Source: the human T2T-CHM13v2.0 reference genome, Homo sapiens | Assembly (NCBI RefSeq): GCF_009914755.1 | Contig: NC_060933.1 | Length of the DNA stretch: 64,000 nucleotides | Strand: one strand, 5' to 3' | Part shown: positions 15,851 to 29,901 of the stretch, one piece after another | Layout of the letters: the number at the start of each line of letters is the position of its first letter | How positions within the stretch are numbered: position 1 is the first letter of the stretch | Notes under the pieces: generated by a model | Told to the model about the DNA's origin: nothing | What the model saw: only the letters and a program-made list of their open reading frames with translations | Database searches by the model: none | Translations under genes and position numbers: made by a program

Positions 15851-16645
15851 TACTATGAAATCTTGTGGTATCTCAAAAGTACCATTAATAATTATTTCAA
15901 CAAATATTTATCGCTCATGTGTTAGACAATACACAAGACAATGATGAAAAGGAAAAATAGAGAATGTATGTTAAATACAATGTTCTAGATTACAATGTTA
16001 GAGAAGAAAGTTTATTAAACTGCCACATATCCTTTCATTAAGACTTCACAAACTGATTTATTAACTCATTATTAAGTTTGTTCTTCTATCATTAGATTTT
16101 TATTTTTAATCTCCATTATGGTCACCAAGATAATCAATGACTATAGTTATACTGTCTTTCCCAAAAAACATTTGCTGGAACTACAATTCTCCTCTTGGTT
16201 TTGCTGGCCTATAGGCTTTATTTGCTCATTCTAACATAGAATGGGGATTCCTTCTTGGGTAAAGGAAATACCCCTCCTTTATTGTTTAAAATATATTTTT
16301 TTTTCTTTTCAGAGAACTCAATCTCTTTCTTGGCCCTACCACTACCATTTTCCATGTAAATATTCTTCTATTTGGTTCTTTGCTTAACATTTTCCTTTTT
16401 CATGTTTGTCTGTAATGTCATAATTATCAGTATCAATGACATTGTAGGTCAGATGCTTGATGCAGCATGGCAAAACCTACATCAAACACTTCCAGAGTAT
16501 GTTGATTGATATAATTACATAATTCCATTACAAAGAACATTGCCTTCAGGTCTATAAAATCTTGGGGTACAATTTAAAATTTTGCACTCTCTGAAGTTCT
16601 ACTATTATCTTCATAATTATGATGTTGTACTATCCTAGTATGGGG

Positions 16646-16647
<2 letters not shown>

Positions 16648-16685
<38 letters not shown>
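16648..16685 (+). repeat. (GT)19 microsatellite followed by (ATGT)n
   Basis: Direct reading. Confidence 0.97.
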
Positions 16686-16696
<11 letters not shown>

Positions 16697-17087
16697 CATT
16701 ATTAATACCACCAAAAAAACTAGTTTATCTTCAGAGAGTTTATACAAAGTCACAGTTGATTTAAAAAAATTGAAAAGAGAGATTAAAGATATGCATATTC
16801 ATTAAAATTCAAAACAATTAGGGTATGGTCTGTATGACTACTTTCAAAGAATATCTGAGGAACATTAATTAATGGAAAATTAAGTTAATGGAAAACTAAG
16901 TTAATTGGAATGTTAATAGGTATTTGACAAATGGATTCTGAAGTCCAAGTAAGAGAATGGGGAGAATAATGGTTATAAATAGTCAAACAGAGGTCTGTGC
17001 TGCAGAACACAGAAGTTATAAAAAGGCAATGGCCCTTACCTAGAAAGGTGCTATAAATCCATGAGCCTAGCATTGGGGATATTATTG

Positions 17088-17181
17088 AATTTTCCAAACT
17101 TGTTTGACCATGGAAGCTTTTTTTGCCTCCAGATCTGTTGACGAGACTGTTGGTGAATTAAATCATGTTTTGAAAACACTG
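17088..17181. mobile_element. MER103-like hAT-Charlie fragment
   Basis: ttttccaaacttgtttgaccatggaa...gttttgaaaacactg. Confidence 0.5.
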
Positions 17182-17860
17182 ACTAGAGACTGAGACCCCT
17201 AACAACCAACTGTAGGTTGATTTTATACCAACAAAACAACTCATTGACTGATTTCTCCCCACCCTGGCATAATAGGTAAATGCCTGCTTTATAGATTCAT
17301 ATCATCTTCATTTCTGAGATCACATAATGTTATGTGGTTCATTTCCTGATATTATACCTCAGAAAAAGCCTAATCATTTTAGTCCTTTGTAATGTCTGTG
17401 CTCCTACAATCTCATTAACCAGAGGAGTATGTTGCTGCTGGTTTGGAATTTTATTTTATTTGACAACAGGAAAAACAGATAAAGAAGATTTCCCTGTTCA
17501 GTTGGTAGAATTCAGACAGGCGAAAAAATAAAAAGAACAAGCTTTTTGATTAAAAAAAAAAAAAAAAGGCCCAAATGCTCCCAAGAATTTCAGAGTCTTA
17601 CATAGGGAATATCATCTTTCTGGAACATCCCATGTGAAATCTGACCACTGAAGCTTCAGACATTCAAGAAATTGTGTTAGGAAAAACTGAAAGTAAAAGG
17701 CTCACTTTCCTAGAATCTTGGGGAAGGAATAGAGCTTTTAGAATACCTTGCTTAAATGCCCCTTTAACAGAGCCAGAAACTGTTCCATTAATAAAAATAA
17801 AGAAACAAAAACAATACCTCTTTATCCTATGAAAAACGGTAATGAAGCATTTAGAAGTTG

Positions 17861-18165
17861 TTTTTTTTTTTTTCTTTGAGAAGGAGTCTTGGTCTGTCAC
17901 CCAGGCTGGCAGGCTGGAGTGCAGTGGCAAATCTCGGCTCACTGCAAGCTCCGCCTCCCGGGTTCATGCCATTCTCCTGCCTCAGCCTCCTGAGTAGCTG
18001 GGACTACAGGCGTCTGCCACAACGCCCGGCTAATTTTTTGTATTTTTAGTAGAGATGGGGTTTCACCGTGTTAGCCAGGATGGTCTCAATCTCCTGACCT
18101 CATGATCTGCCCATCTCAGCCTCCCAAAGTGCTGGGATTACAGGCGTGAGCCACCACGCCTGGCC
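17861..18165 (-). mobile_element. Alu SINE, AluY, with internal 8-bp duplication caggctgg (17902-17917)
   Basis: Y diagnostics gcaagctccgcc, gccattctcc and ccgtgttagccaggatgg. Confidence 0.95.
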
Positions 18166-18415
18166 TAGAATTTAAGTAGGAAGAAGGGAAGGAAAATAAC
18201 TCACATCCTACAAGGCCTGGTTTTTTTGTAGTAAGTTATATAATTTGTCACTTTAAATAAAGACCCAAATTTTGAAAATATTATAGATAAGAAGTGTAAA
18301 AAGTTACCTGGACCACTGCTGAGAAACTGTTAACTTTCCATTGAGAGTATAATAATATAGTTATAGTCTACTAACACTTTTGAGTATTAAAAAGGCTACC
18401 AAAACAGTTAATGTT

Positions 18416-18796
18416 TGTATTAACCTGTTCTCACACTGCTATAAAGAACTACCTGAGACTGGATAATTTATGAAGAAAAGAGGTTAACTGACTCACGGTT
18501 CTGCAGGCTGTATAGGAAGCATGAATGGGAGGCCTCAGGAAACTTACAATCATGGTGGAAGGTGAAGGGGAAGCAAGCACGTCTTACCGTGGTAGAGCAG
18601 GAGAGACAGAGAAGCGGGAGGTGCCACACACTTTTAAACGATCAGATCTCATGAGAACTCACTCACTATCATGAGAACAGCAAAGGGGAAATCTGTCCCC
18701 ACGATTCAATCACCTCCCATGAGGCCCTTCCCCCAACAAGTGGGGATTACAATTTAAGATGAGGTTTGGGTGGGGACACAGAGCCAAACCATATCA
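18416..18796 (-). mobile_element. THE1D-like ERVL-MaLR solo LTR (381 bp), same orientation as GNAQ
   Basis: Termini tgtatt...ccaaaccatatca. Perfect 5-bp TSD ATGTT at 18411-18415 and 18797-18801. Confidence 0.93.
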
Positions 18797-20639
18797 ATGT
18801 TGTATGTCTTTAAAGTATTTATTGACCAGCAAATCTATTTTATTACATTGATATTATTCAAGGAAGTGTGCACATTAAAAAATTTTTCAAAATATAAAAT
18901 CTTCCTAAAATATAAACTTTTGATAAATCAATGTAGATTTTAAAGTAAAAAATGAGCAGAAATACTTTTCTTGGTACCTTCATGTACTTTAGTCATGTTC
19001 TTAGCCATATCTCTTTCTAACATCATGTCCCTAACATCCTTCAGAGAACTATATTTTTTCAATATTGACATATTATGTATTTAACTATTTCATAGAATTG
19101 TTTGTAACATTCTTAAAAATTGCCTTAACTATTTTAGGTCAATAAATTTGAAACTGTTAACATTTTCAACCATGCTCTTCTTGGTAGACCTTAATAGTTT
19201 TAATTCAGAAACGGCCTCTCTTGTTGGTTCAGATACTTGGTAAGCTTAGAACAAGGTCTGCTGAATGGTAAGTAATCTCACTCTATTATGTTTTTCAAAT
19301 GGAAAGACATAAATATCTCAGTTCAAATATTTTCATAGAACTATCTTTCGGTATTAGTTCAGAATAGTATTATTTCACAAATATGTTTAGGAGATGAAAC
19401 TCATAAATAGATTATTGCAGCTTGTTTGGATACAACTGTGATTTATGTGTGAGCCATAACTATTCTAAGAATATTTCTGGTCCACTAGTTTATTAATTTA
19501 ATACATACAGTATTTTACCATGACACTATGCTCCATGAAAAATTATACTCGTATCATTACCACAAAATACATTACTTTGAACAATGACTTTTAAAATTTT
19601 TTAAAGAAGCAAAAGCATTTACTGTAGCAATCAAAACCATGTTGGATATTTCACTTTATCAGCATGAACTTCTAAAAGCTTCATCTCGATTCCATGAATT
19701 AATGAAGAAAAAAACAAACCATCAATTACCTGCAAAGTTTTTCTTCTGCTAAGAGAATTAACAGATTAATTGCTATTGCTTCATTTTTTTGTACATGCAT
19801 AAGAAAACCTGGAATAAAAATGAGCTAAATTAACTCGGAAAGAAAGTCATTTGATCTAAACAAAAAGTCATGCTTCACAGAGTGATATAAAAATGCATTC
19901 TCTGCTGCTGCACATGCTAAAATGTCATCTTTGGGCACAGTCTTCTGAAAATAACAGCGAACTCTTGAAGCAGAAGATTTGTGTCTTTCGTATTTTGTGT
20001 GGTTGATTATATTCATGGCTACAATGGTGAATGTTAAGTACTGATAAATAATTTTATATGAATTACACATTATCAACTTTCTTTAGAAACAAAAATACAG
20101 TACTTAATTTTTTGTTAAACATGCATTTTCAAGTTTCTAAAAAAACTTATTATGGCCAAAAAGATCTGCTGCAAAATAAAAGCATTATCAAACAATACAA
20201 CAGATTTATACCAAACAATAAATGATAAAGCAAAATCTTTCATACCTCCACAGTAAGACTGCTTCAGCCTTCATTTTCCACACACATTTCACATACACCT
20301 AGCAACTGCCCACTGACCCTACTCACAGAAGTGTGGTGTCTTCGTGGACCTGGCAGCCTACACGCCAGACCATAGCATGACTAGCTGATTCAAGCAGACG
20401 GTAAAGGCAGCAGCACCACATGCTTCTCCACCATCTTTCAGACTGGAAGAGTTTGGCTGCCCCTAGTCACTTTTGTCCCAGCTTACTCCATATTAGCAGG
20501 AATGCCCACACGCTGTCTTTGAAAGAGAGATGCAGTTAACAATGCATCTGGGAAGGGATATCAGACTCAACCAAGTGTAAAGTGAGAAGTCTGTTTAACT
20601 GCAAAGGCAGAATCTAGAAATACAAAGTGAATGTCTGTT

Positions 20640-20791
20640 AAAAACATCCTGGATTATTTTAATGCAGCTATTAATAAGAATGCTTCATTAAAAAAATAAA
20701 AAAACTGGAATAAATGCTAAACAGGCGGGAGGCTGGGACAACAGGTGCAAACACAAGTATCTCAGGCAAACTAGGACTTATGATCAACCTA
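20640..20791 (-). mobile_element. MER94-like hAT-Blackjack fragment
   Basis: gctgggacaacagg...caggcaaactaggacttatgatcaaccta resembles the terminal repeat. Confidence 0.5.
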
Positions 20792-20869
20792 TGCATGGGG
20801 AAGACTTGGGTTAGATATAAGAGGCCTAAATGTGAGATAACAGTCTGCACATCTACCTGATACAGCAAA

Positions 20870-21212
20870 ATTTTATAAAGGGGTCAATATCTAAAATTAA
20901 GAGCTTTAGCATTAAAAACAACAAAAACAAAAAACACACCCCAAAAACAGATGTCCTAATTCTCTTGACAAATTAGAAGTCCCAGCAACACTGCATCCAT
21001 ATTCCAAGAGGACAACAGGCTGTAGCTAAGAAGGCTGCCAATAGCTTCCCACTATTGTCAAGAATAATGAGAGAGTACATATATTTTTATGAAAGTGAAA
21101 AATATTCTGTGTTCTATAATGCAAAAACAAACAATGCTATGGCAAAGAATAGAACCTGGCCAGCTTCTCATTACCTGCCTGACCCTGAAATAATCTGAGT
21201 TTGCACCCTACC
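20870..21212 (+). mobile_element. MER102/Charlie4z-like hAT element
   Basis: ttctcttgacaaattagaag...gcaacactg, gaaagtgaaaaatattc, attacctgcctgaccctg...tgagtttgc. Confidence 0.6.
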
Positions 21213-21524
21213 CCCAGGCCCAACTCCCCATAACGCTGGTGTCCTTGTTGTGTGCTTTGTGTGATAAGGAAGCTTGTGAACTCTCCACAGAACTGAGAAT
21301 TATGTTGAATCTGACTCCTACCAGTGGGCATTTTCTCAGCTTCCTGGCTAGAATCCATTAAAAAACGTGCACCTGGGATCTTCTGATGTTCTTTCCCCAT
21401 TATCCCTTTAATTTATGCCCTAGATGCTTGTGTTATGAGTTCCAACACACACAAGTCTAAACAAGGGAACTGAGGCACGCCTTAAGTGCCAAATGGTACC
21501 ACATGGTTTGGGTTGTCAGGGGTG

Positions 21525-21745
21525 GTCATATGCACAGTGTTATAAGGGCCTACGGCTTTGGAGTCAAACACATTGAATCAAACCATGTTCCCATTTACTT
21601 GCTTTGGGATCTCTCCAAGCCTCAATTTCCTTATCCCTCCAATGAGGTAATGATAACTATGTCACAGCACCGTTATAAAGTTTAAATGTAATAATATATA
21701 CAAAACAGTATAGTAATAGGCACACATTAACGGGTCAGTAAACAG
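21525..21745 (+). mobile_element. MIR SINE
   Basis: ggctttggagtcaaac...aagcctcaatttccttatc...gtaataatatatacaaa. Confidence 0.75.
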
Positions 21746-22784
21746 AAACAATCCTTGGTTTGTACTTCAGATATGACTCAGGAGGAATGATAGTGAAATG
21801 TCCTTACACAACCCTTTTTTTGTATTCAGTAAAACAACGCTTTTGGGTGTAAGATCTTTGGGGATCTGTTACAAAAACAATCATTTCTACGGTTCTTACC
21901 AACATGCTGTAGCACTATCAGTTTTATATCTTAAGAAAATGCCATTTTAAATTCTCAAGATATGGGTTACATGTAATAATTATAGTGATTATTTTATAGC
22001 CATAACTGTTTTGCAACTGGAAGCATGTTGACTTAAAGTGACATAGAAAAGGTTTTTTTTTCTCTCTAGAAAAGGCCGAATTTCATTATATTGCATTAAT
22101 CTCAATGTTGAGTTTTTAAAACAGGCAAAGACCACAACCTGAATAAAACCTTGTCTAAGATATGGAAATACATGTGCGTGAAGACTTTACCAGACAGCAT
22201 ATCCACGCATGCTCTTCTGCTTGAATTCTGATGAGCTTCCCATGAAAAGCTAAAGTGATTGGTGATGTAGCAATGGTCATGAAATCAAACCAAATCCATG
22301 TTTAAATAACTCAAAAAAAAAAAAAAAACTGAGCAACTTGCATTGCTTTTTCAAGGAGATAAAAATGCATATTGCCTCTTTTATGTGTTCTTAGCTATAT
22401 ATCTATTTTTGAAACGCTTTCATGTAATTTCTAAATTTAGCCCCTACTTCCTTTTTACTGTGTCATCTGAGCTACAGCCAGTGTCTGATAACATTCTGAT
22501 CTTCACTCGGAGGAACCTATACAGAAACTGCCTTTCAGAGCAAAGATAACCTCTTACTAACCTCTTCTGTGTTTGCAAACAAGGAGTGTACTGGATAGTA
22601 TATAATGACCGCTTCATTCTTCTCTCTCATTTCTAGGGGCACCACTTACATACATTTTAAATATTTAAAAATTCCCTTTACTTGTTGGTAGAAATATCAA
22701 TCTTTCTAGAGCATCAACATTTTTTATTAAACCAATCTCTTGTTAAAAAATATATGAGTTAGAGGAAGAAATTCATCTCTTTTA

Positions 22785-23124
<340 letters not shown>

Positions 23125-24604
23125 TTATCATTTCATGAAAATGTTCTTCTCTTTTATTTTCTATTCATTAATAGCAGATTTAAGATAGATGAATTATACA
23201 GCAATTAAAATTTTTTTTTGTAAAAATGGACAATTTCAAACAAATGTATTCAAAATTTTAATCAGAAACAATCTGAGTGTGTTGCCAGTAGACACTGCAC
23301 AGGAGGTGCTAACCTATAGATCTGGTGAAGAATGGATGTGTATGTAGTAGGGCCTCAGACTTTCCAGAATCCTACCCATCCTCCTGTAATTAAGCCTTTC
23401 CTAATTACTTTTTTCTTTTGGGCCATTCACAGTCTTCACAGCACAATTGTTGGGCACCAAGCTGTATCGTGCCTGTCACTGCTATTTAACTGATCATGTT
23501 TTGTACATAAAGAATTTCCAACAATGCAGTAAATTACTTTAGGTCAGAGACTAATATTTCTTGCAGTCTAGCACAATTTTCATGTTAGATCAATAAATAT
23601 TTCTACAATGGGGCTGAGCTGTCTTGCCTTCTTATATATTTGTCCTGAAATGTGATCTAACAAGACTGAGGAAAAGATGATACAATGACCAGTACAGGAC
23701 AGAAAAAGTAGTTGGAAGGCCTGGGGGAGCCTCTGTTATGGTCTAGGACCAGTCTCTTAACCTTTATATGTTAAGGGTTGACTTCTATAACTGGAATATT
23801 GGATTAGATAATGGCTGAGACACCTTGCCCTTATGATTACACATTCAAACATGGCTAAAGTGAAATTAAAATATTTAACCAGTGGTATGGCATGGGCACC
23901 AGCCAAACAGAACAGAGCAAGGCCCTGGACTTTCCTCGTCATGCCTCACATCAGCCTTTTAGGTGCTGGATCACAAAAAGGCCAGGATGTCCTGGGGTGG
24001 GACAAGAGCTGCTGGGGCCTTTCATGGAACTTGGGGAAGCAGCTATAATATTATACTTTTTCAGACATTTTAACACAGGTATGGTGTTATCAATAGTAGG
24101 GGCTGAATACTAACCCAACATATAAGAAACACCTTAGAGTCCTAAGTATTACTTTATTTGAAGGTTTTTATTCTTACATGAAAGCTACGAATGCTTACAG
24201 ATCTGAAAATAAAAACAAATTCCCACCAATGCTATCAATAATCTTTTTTATTGTTCTTCTTCACATCCTTATAATTCAACATTTTTTGAGGCAGCCAAGC
24301 AATAATTCCTGGCTTCTCCATAGTAGTGTTAAGCTCATCTTGCAATGAGGAGCCCAAAACCATACTATGTTCCCTGCTTTCTTCAATAAATAAAGTGGAA
24401 AAGCCAAGGACACATCTGACTACTATCCTGCTTTTACAGATGAGAAAAGTGTTATTTAGTGTTCACAATAAAATTCCCTGTGACATGAAGCAGCAATGAC
24501 TGCGGCTTGAAGCTCCTCTCGACACAGCTGCAGCTTTGTGGCCCACCCGCAGCCTTGAGAGCCCAAGAGAATGAATCAGAGAACAGAGGGGAGGGCTGAT
24601 GTAG

Positions 24605-24768
24605 CTCTTGGACTCAAAGTGGTCCACCCACAAGCAGCTTCTGCATCGCCTTAGAGCTTATAAGAAATGCAGACCTCTAGGCCTCTCCACAGATCCACTG
24701 TATAGGGATCTCCAGGTTAACAATATCCCCAGGTGATCTGTGTGCACATTAAAGTTTGGAAAGTGCTG
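24605..24768 (+). mobile_element. MER5A1-like hAT-Charlie MITE
   Basis: actcaaagtggtcc...agaaatgcaga...ccccaggtgatctgtgtgcacattaaagtttggaaagtgctg. Confidence 0.8.
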
Positions 24769-24769
24769 A

Positions 24770-25230
24770 TCAGTGCTTCTCAAACTGGGCTGAACATCAG
24801 CATCACCTGGGGAGCTTAAAAAAAAGACTCTGATGTCTAGATCCCACCATTGAACATTGTGATTTAATTGGTCTGAGACATGACCAATTTTTTTTTTCTT
24901 TTTTTGAGACAGGGTCTTACTCTTTTGCCAGGCTGAAGTGAGTACAGGGCACGATCATAGCTCACTACAGCCTTGATCTCCAGGGTTCAGGTGATGTTCC
25001 CATCTTAGCCTTTCAAGTAGCTGGGACTACAAGCATGCGCCACCATGGCTGACTAATTTCTGAATTTTTTTGTTGAGACAAGATCTCCCTAGATTCCCAG
25101 GCTGGTCGTGAATTCCCATGCTCAAGCCATCCTTCTACCTTGGTCTCTCAAAGTGCTGGGATTACAGGTGTGAGCCACTGTGGTTGGCCTGGCCAAGGTT
25201 TTCTAATGCCCCCCCAAGTGGTCTACACTG
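24770..25230 (+). mobile_element. MER5B-like MITE interrupted by an AluJ
   Basis: cagtgcttctcaaactgggctg...atcacctggggagctt...gatttaattggtctg; resumes after 25189. Confidence 0.75.
24888..25189 (-). mobile_element. Alu SINE, AluJ
   Basis: gatcatagctcactacagccttga; TSD-like tgaccaa / tggccaa. Confidence 0.92.
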
Positions 25231-25236
25231 GTAGAG

Positions 25237-26281
25237 ACCTTGGTATCTGAAGTATGGGGCACACATCATCCATGGGGCACAGAGAGAAAATATCAAAACC
25301 TATGCATATAACCTGAGGAAGACAAAGATAGTAAGTTTTGTCATATTTAATGCATGGAGTAACAATGGCGCCAGGACTTGTCTGATGTCCCTGTGTGGTG
25401 ACCAGGAGTTCTAAGGAGTCGTTACTAAGTATCTTTGTTAAAACACAAGCGGTTTCTTATGTTTTGAAAGACCTGAATAACTTAAAGATAACTTAAAAAC
25501 ACGTTTTTCTTTTACAAAATGTTAGTCTTCCAAATATGCTGACCTTTTTTGTTGTTGTCATCACAAGGGGCTGAAGTGGCAGCCTATCTGGCAGATATTT
25601 TTGTATGAACATATTTCATCTATCCCTTCAAGGCCAAAGAGCATTTCAACAATGAGTGTGAAAGCAACTGCTAGAAAACTTGTGCTGCAAAAAAAGCATT
25701 TTGAAAATGGATATTTGGATATGTTTCCATTGTGGTATGATTTTGCTGTCAAAACCACTGTTAAGGTGTTATACCACACACACACACACACACACACAAT
25801 CAATGTGTGAACTTGTAAAACTTGAGAAAAAGTCCTTTAAAGAAAGAGTTTCAGTGGAGTTTTTAACCCATTTGTTAAACATGAATAATGCAACATCTTT
25901 CAGTTAGTTTGAAAGAACAGCTGACATCAGTGAAGATGGACACTTACTAGCAAAATTTCAATTAAAACCCTTTGCATAATTGGTGAATAAGATTGAGAAA
26001 GAATCATGATGTAAGCACAGCTAGTAACATTCCTTCCATTTATAACTACATATCTTATGTGGTTTTCTTTTATTTATGAGACATTAAAAGTAAGTAGTGA
26101 CTTAAGCAGAACTTACTACCAGACCACTGGATTAATGTGTCACAAATTAATCATTTTTTAAAAAAGAATTAAAATGATTTATATCACAAAGGATTAAAAA
26201 TTTTCATCACATAGAATTTTAAGAAAAGCCAAAATAACTTTTAATGATGGAGTGCATGATTTTAAAAATTAGGACCATATG
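25237..26281 (+). mobile_element. Internally deleted hAT-Charlie transposon (Charlie7/18a-like) with decayed transposase sequence
   Basis: Frameshifted Buster/Charlie transposase motifs: AYLADIF (25582-25602), SLQG, MFP, NPF, LPFITTYL (26033-26056), IKSK. Both ends resemble Charlie termini. Confidence 0.75.
25775..25798 (+). repeat. (CA)12 microsatellite
   Basis: Direct reading. Confidence 0.95.
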
Positions 26282-27698
26282 CAGTTTAAAAGGCAGTCTA
26301 CACTGGGCATTCAGTAGTATCCCACACCAAAATCAGGAGGATCAATTTCCACCCATGCAATTTAAAACCATCATTCATATCACTGATAATGTGTTCTAGT
26401 ATCTACGATGGCCACCCACCAGAAGTGGAAAAATTATTAATTGGTATGACTGTATTTATAAAAAGCCTCTGTTAAATATAATACAGTGGAAAACTACTAG
26501 ACAGCATTCTGAGGACCAGATGACATACGCTTTCAATGTGACAGAATTATCTGTTTCATACTCTGTGTATTAATATTTGGTTTTGTTGCTAGAATCACTA
26601 AACATCTTGACCTTAATATTACTGTGCCTGTAAAAATGCCCACGTGATATAATGGACACTGCTATATAGAGAATACATCTTATCTGATCACAGAAATACT
26701 GTTCATGATTTTGTGAAATTGTACCCTTAAATGAAAATCTTTAAGGAAAATGGATGAGCTGCAAGTAATAAGTATTCATGAACACTTTTATGTATCTATA
26801 TACCTGCCTTCAGTTTTCTAAGACTATCAGAGTCTCATGTGACCTAAACTAGTTGTATGTAATTGCCCTCGCCAGCTCCTTCTCATAATGCATTAACCAG
26901 CAGAAGAATCCTCCACTGGCTCAGTGTCATGTGCTCTTCTCACCTGAGGTGCCTCTGCTCTGGGTAACTCTCAGGATATAGCACATGTAGGTCAAAGACA
27001 TCCTTTGGAGAGATTAGAGCACTTTTTTTTTTTTTTGGCTTTTCCAACACTTTTTTTAATGTTCTCCATACTGTACCCATCACATACAACTCTTCTACAC
27101 AATGTACTGGAAATGACTTGCTCCCTGCTTGCTAACTGATAATGGAGGGGAGCTGGAAAATGAAAAAAGTAAATCCAGGCTAAGTTTCATCTACAAGGAC
27201 ACTGTATTTTTCCTTAAATCCAGATGTCCAGTAACAAAGTTCTTGCTTCAATTATTCACAAAGTGGTCTGGTTTGAATGTTATGATACAAAGTAGATATC
27301 CGGCTCTGCAGAGCCACATGTACTATGCTGAGCTCCTACACTACAGGGTGGGAACAAACTGATGTGGTGCACTTGGAAGAGGATGGAGGAAGGAGATGCT
27401 TGGAGTCAAAGTGTATGGCAGCATAATATTTTATCTGGGTGAGAAACCACAGCATCCATAAAGTTAACATTAAATTGTGTATTTAGAAAAGCACCAAAGA
27501 AAACCCTAAAAACATGACCTTGGTAGTACTCAAAACTATAACAAGTAAGTATCATCTGTCCCCCTTCTCATTAAGGTTAACTGAATGCATATTTCCCAGT
27601 GTATATACCAGGGATCTATGCGAATCCTTCTGGGAGCAATTCACATGTCCATCTGAACACTTAAACCTACGATGCCTCGGAGAAGGAAGCTGGGTTAG

Positions 27699-28235
<537 letters not shown>

Positions 28236-29901
28236 TAGACTTTCCCCAAAGGGTAGTAGCACCTCTCTCCCTTGGGCAGTCGAATTCCCTAAAGGCACTC
28301 CCTTAGCTAGTTCTGAATGCCTGTGTTTCAGGTACCAGTGTGGCTCCAAAGTACAAAGTAAGCAACTGGTAAGTTGGCACTCAGTCACTTTAGGATAATG
28401 ACAAGTCCCCAGGGTAAGTGGGAAAAGCTTCTTGTTGCTTTCTAGGGTTGTCCAGTTCATATCTTTGCCTTTGGCTATGTGTAGACACTAAACCATTCTT
28501 GAAAAGACAAATGTATCCTAGGCTTAAAGTTTAGTTTCCATTTGTTCAGATGCTTGTGCTGAAGATAAAGTGAGAACTGACAAGTTTTCCTGTAAAATAT
28601 CTTGCATATGATATAAGAGTGGCCTTGGAGAGCAAGGAAGCAAGCATGCTCCACTTCCTCTCTAGGAAATTAGTCTGGTCATATACACACCTTTTTTTAT
28701 TCTTATACTTGTTTTATGTAAATCTTACAGTTGCCACCCTTTCTTTCGTAGAAATACACACCCTACACAAGAAGAAGCTGATCCAATAGTTAAAGTATGA
28801 AAGACTTGGCTATTCTGGAAAAAATATTTTCTTCCAACATGTAGGCAAAGACAGTTTCCAAAATTCCCACAGTCTGATAAAATTAAAACCACATGGAAAA
28901 TGGTGGTTTTTTTTTAACATAGAGAAAAAATGTTTTAAATATGTAATCATACAGCTAGAAATTGGGTATTGTGTACCAATAAATAGTATGAGTTTTAGAA
29001 ATTCAATGTCTAAATTTCTCAGTATTAAAATAGGAAATAAGTAATAATAATTACACAACAATGATTTAGTGTCACACTACAAATATGTATTTGTGAATGC
29101 TGAAATACAGCAGTTTGAGATTTTAGTCTTGACCCAGCAGGTGGGCTTTGATGGAGGGAGCTCAGTTACAATATTTTGCACTTCCTCATCTTTGTTCTCT
29201 TGTAGTTTACAACCATTTTCAAGAAGCCCTGGCTACTGAGAGATTAATTATGACAAACAACATGAACTGTTAAATGAAGTAGCATATTGCTTTTTTACTC
29301 ATTTGTTTAAGGTTTGTGAGTCTTGAGTAAATATGATTTTATATCTTTAGGCCAACCTGAATTGAGATTCTATGGCTTGAATGGTTTTTGTTAAAGAATT
29401 TTTAAAATTGGGGACTGTTCTTTCAAATACACTATTCTTTCTTTTTTTTTTAACAGAATACTTCAGAGTTCTATGTAATTAGCCAAATTTAATGTATCAT
29501 ATTCTATAAACCTGATTGATTTTAGAAGGAACTGCAAGCTTTACTTGAGGACAAAGCCTTGCCTGCAGTTGTTTAAAATGTCCTGAAACAATCAGATTCC
29601 CAGCCTGGATGCTGGTGGGAGCAAGAGCTGCCTGTAGGTACCAGAAAGGTAGTGACTTCTGACATTTCCATAAGATTATCAAGAACTTTCTTCCTGTGTA
29701 CATGGCAGTAAGAACAGTTCTCCAAAGAGACAAAACCCTATGCCCCACTCCCAATCTGTCTTTTAAAAAAATTTATGGAAAGGAAAATAGTGAAGATCTA
29801 CTTTCAGGTCTCTGAATTCAATGAGTTTCAAGTGAACTACATAGCCAAGGGCTGTCACCATACTGGTTGAGTTTTCAACTTTTGATCAGCACAACATATT
29901 A

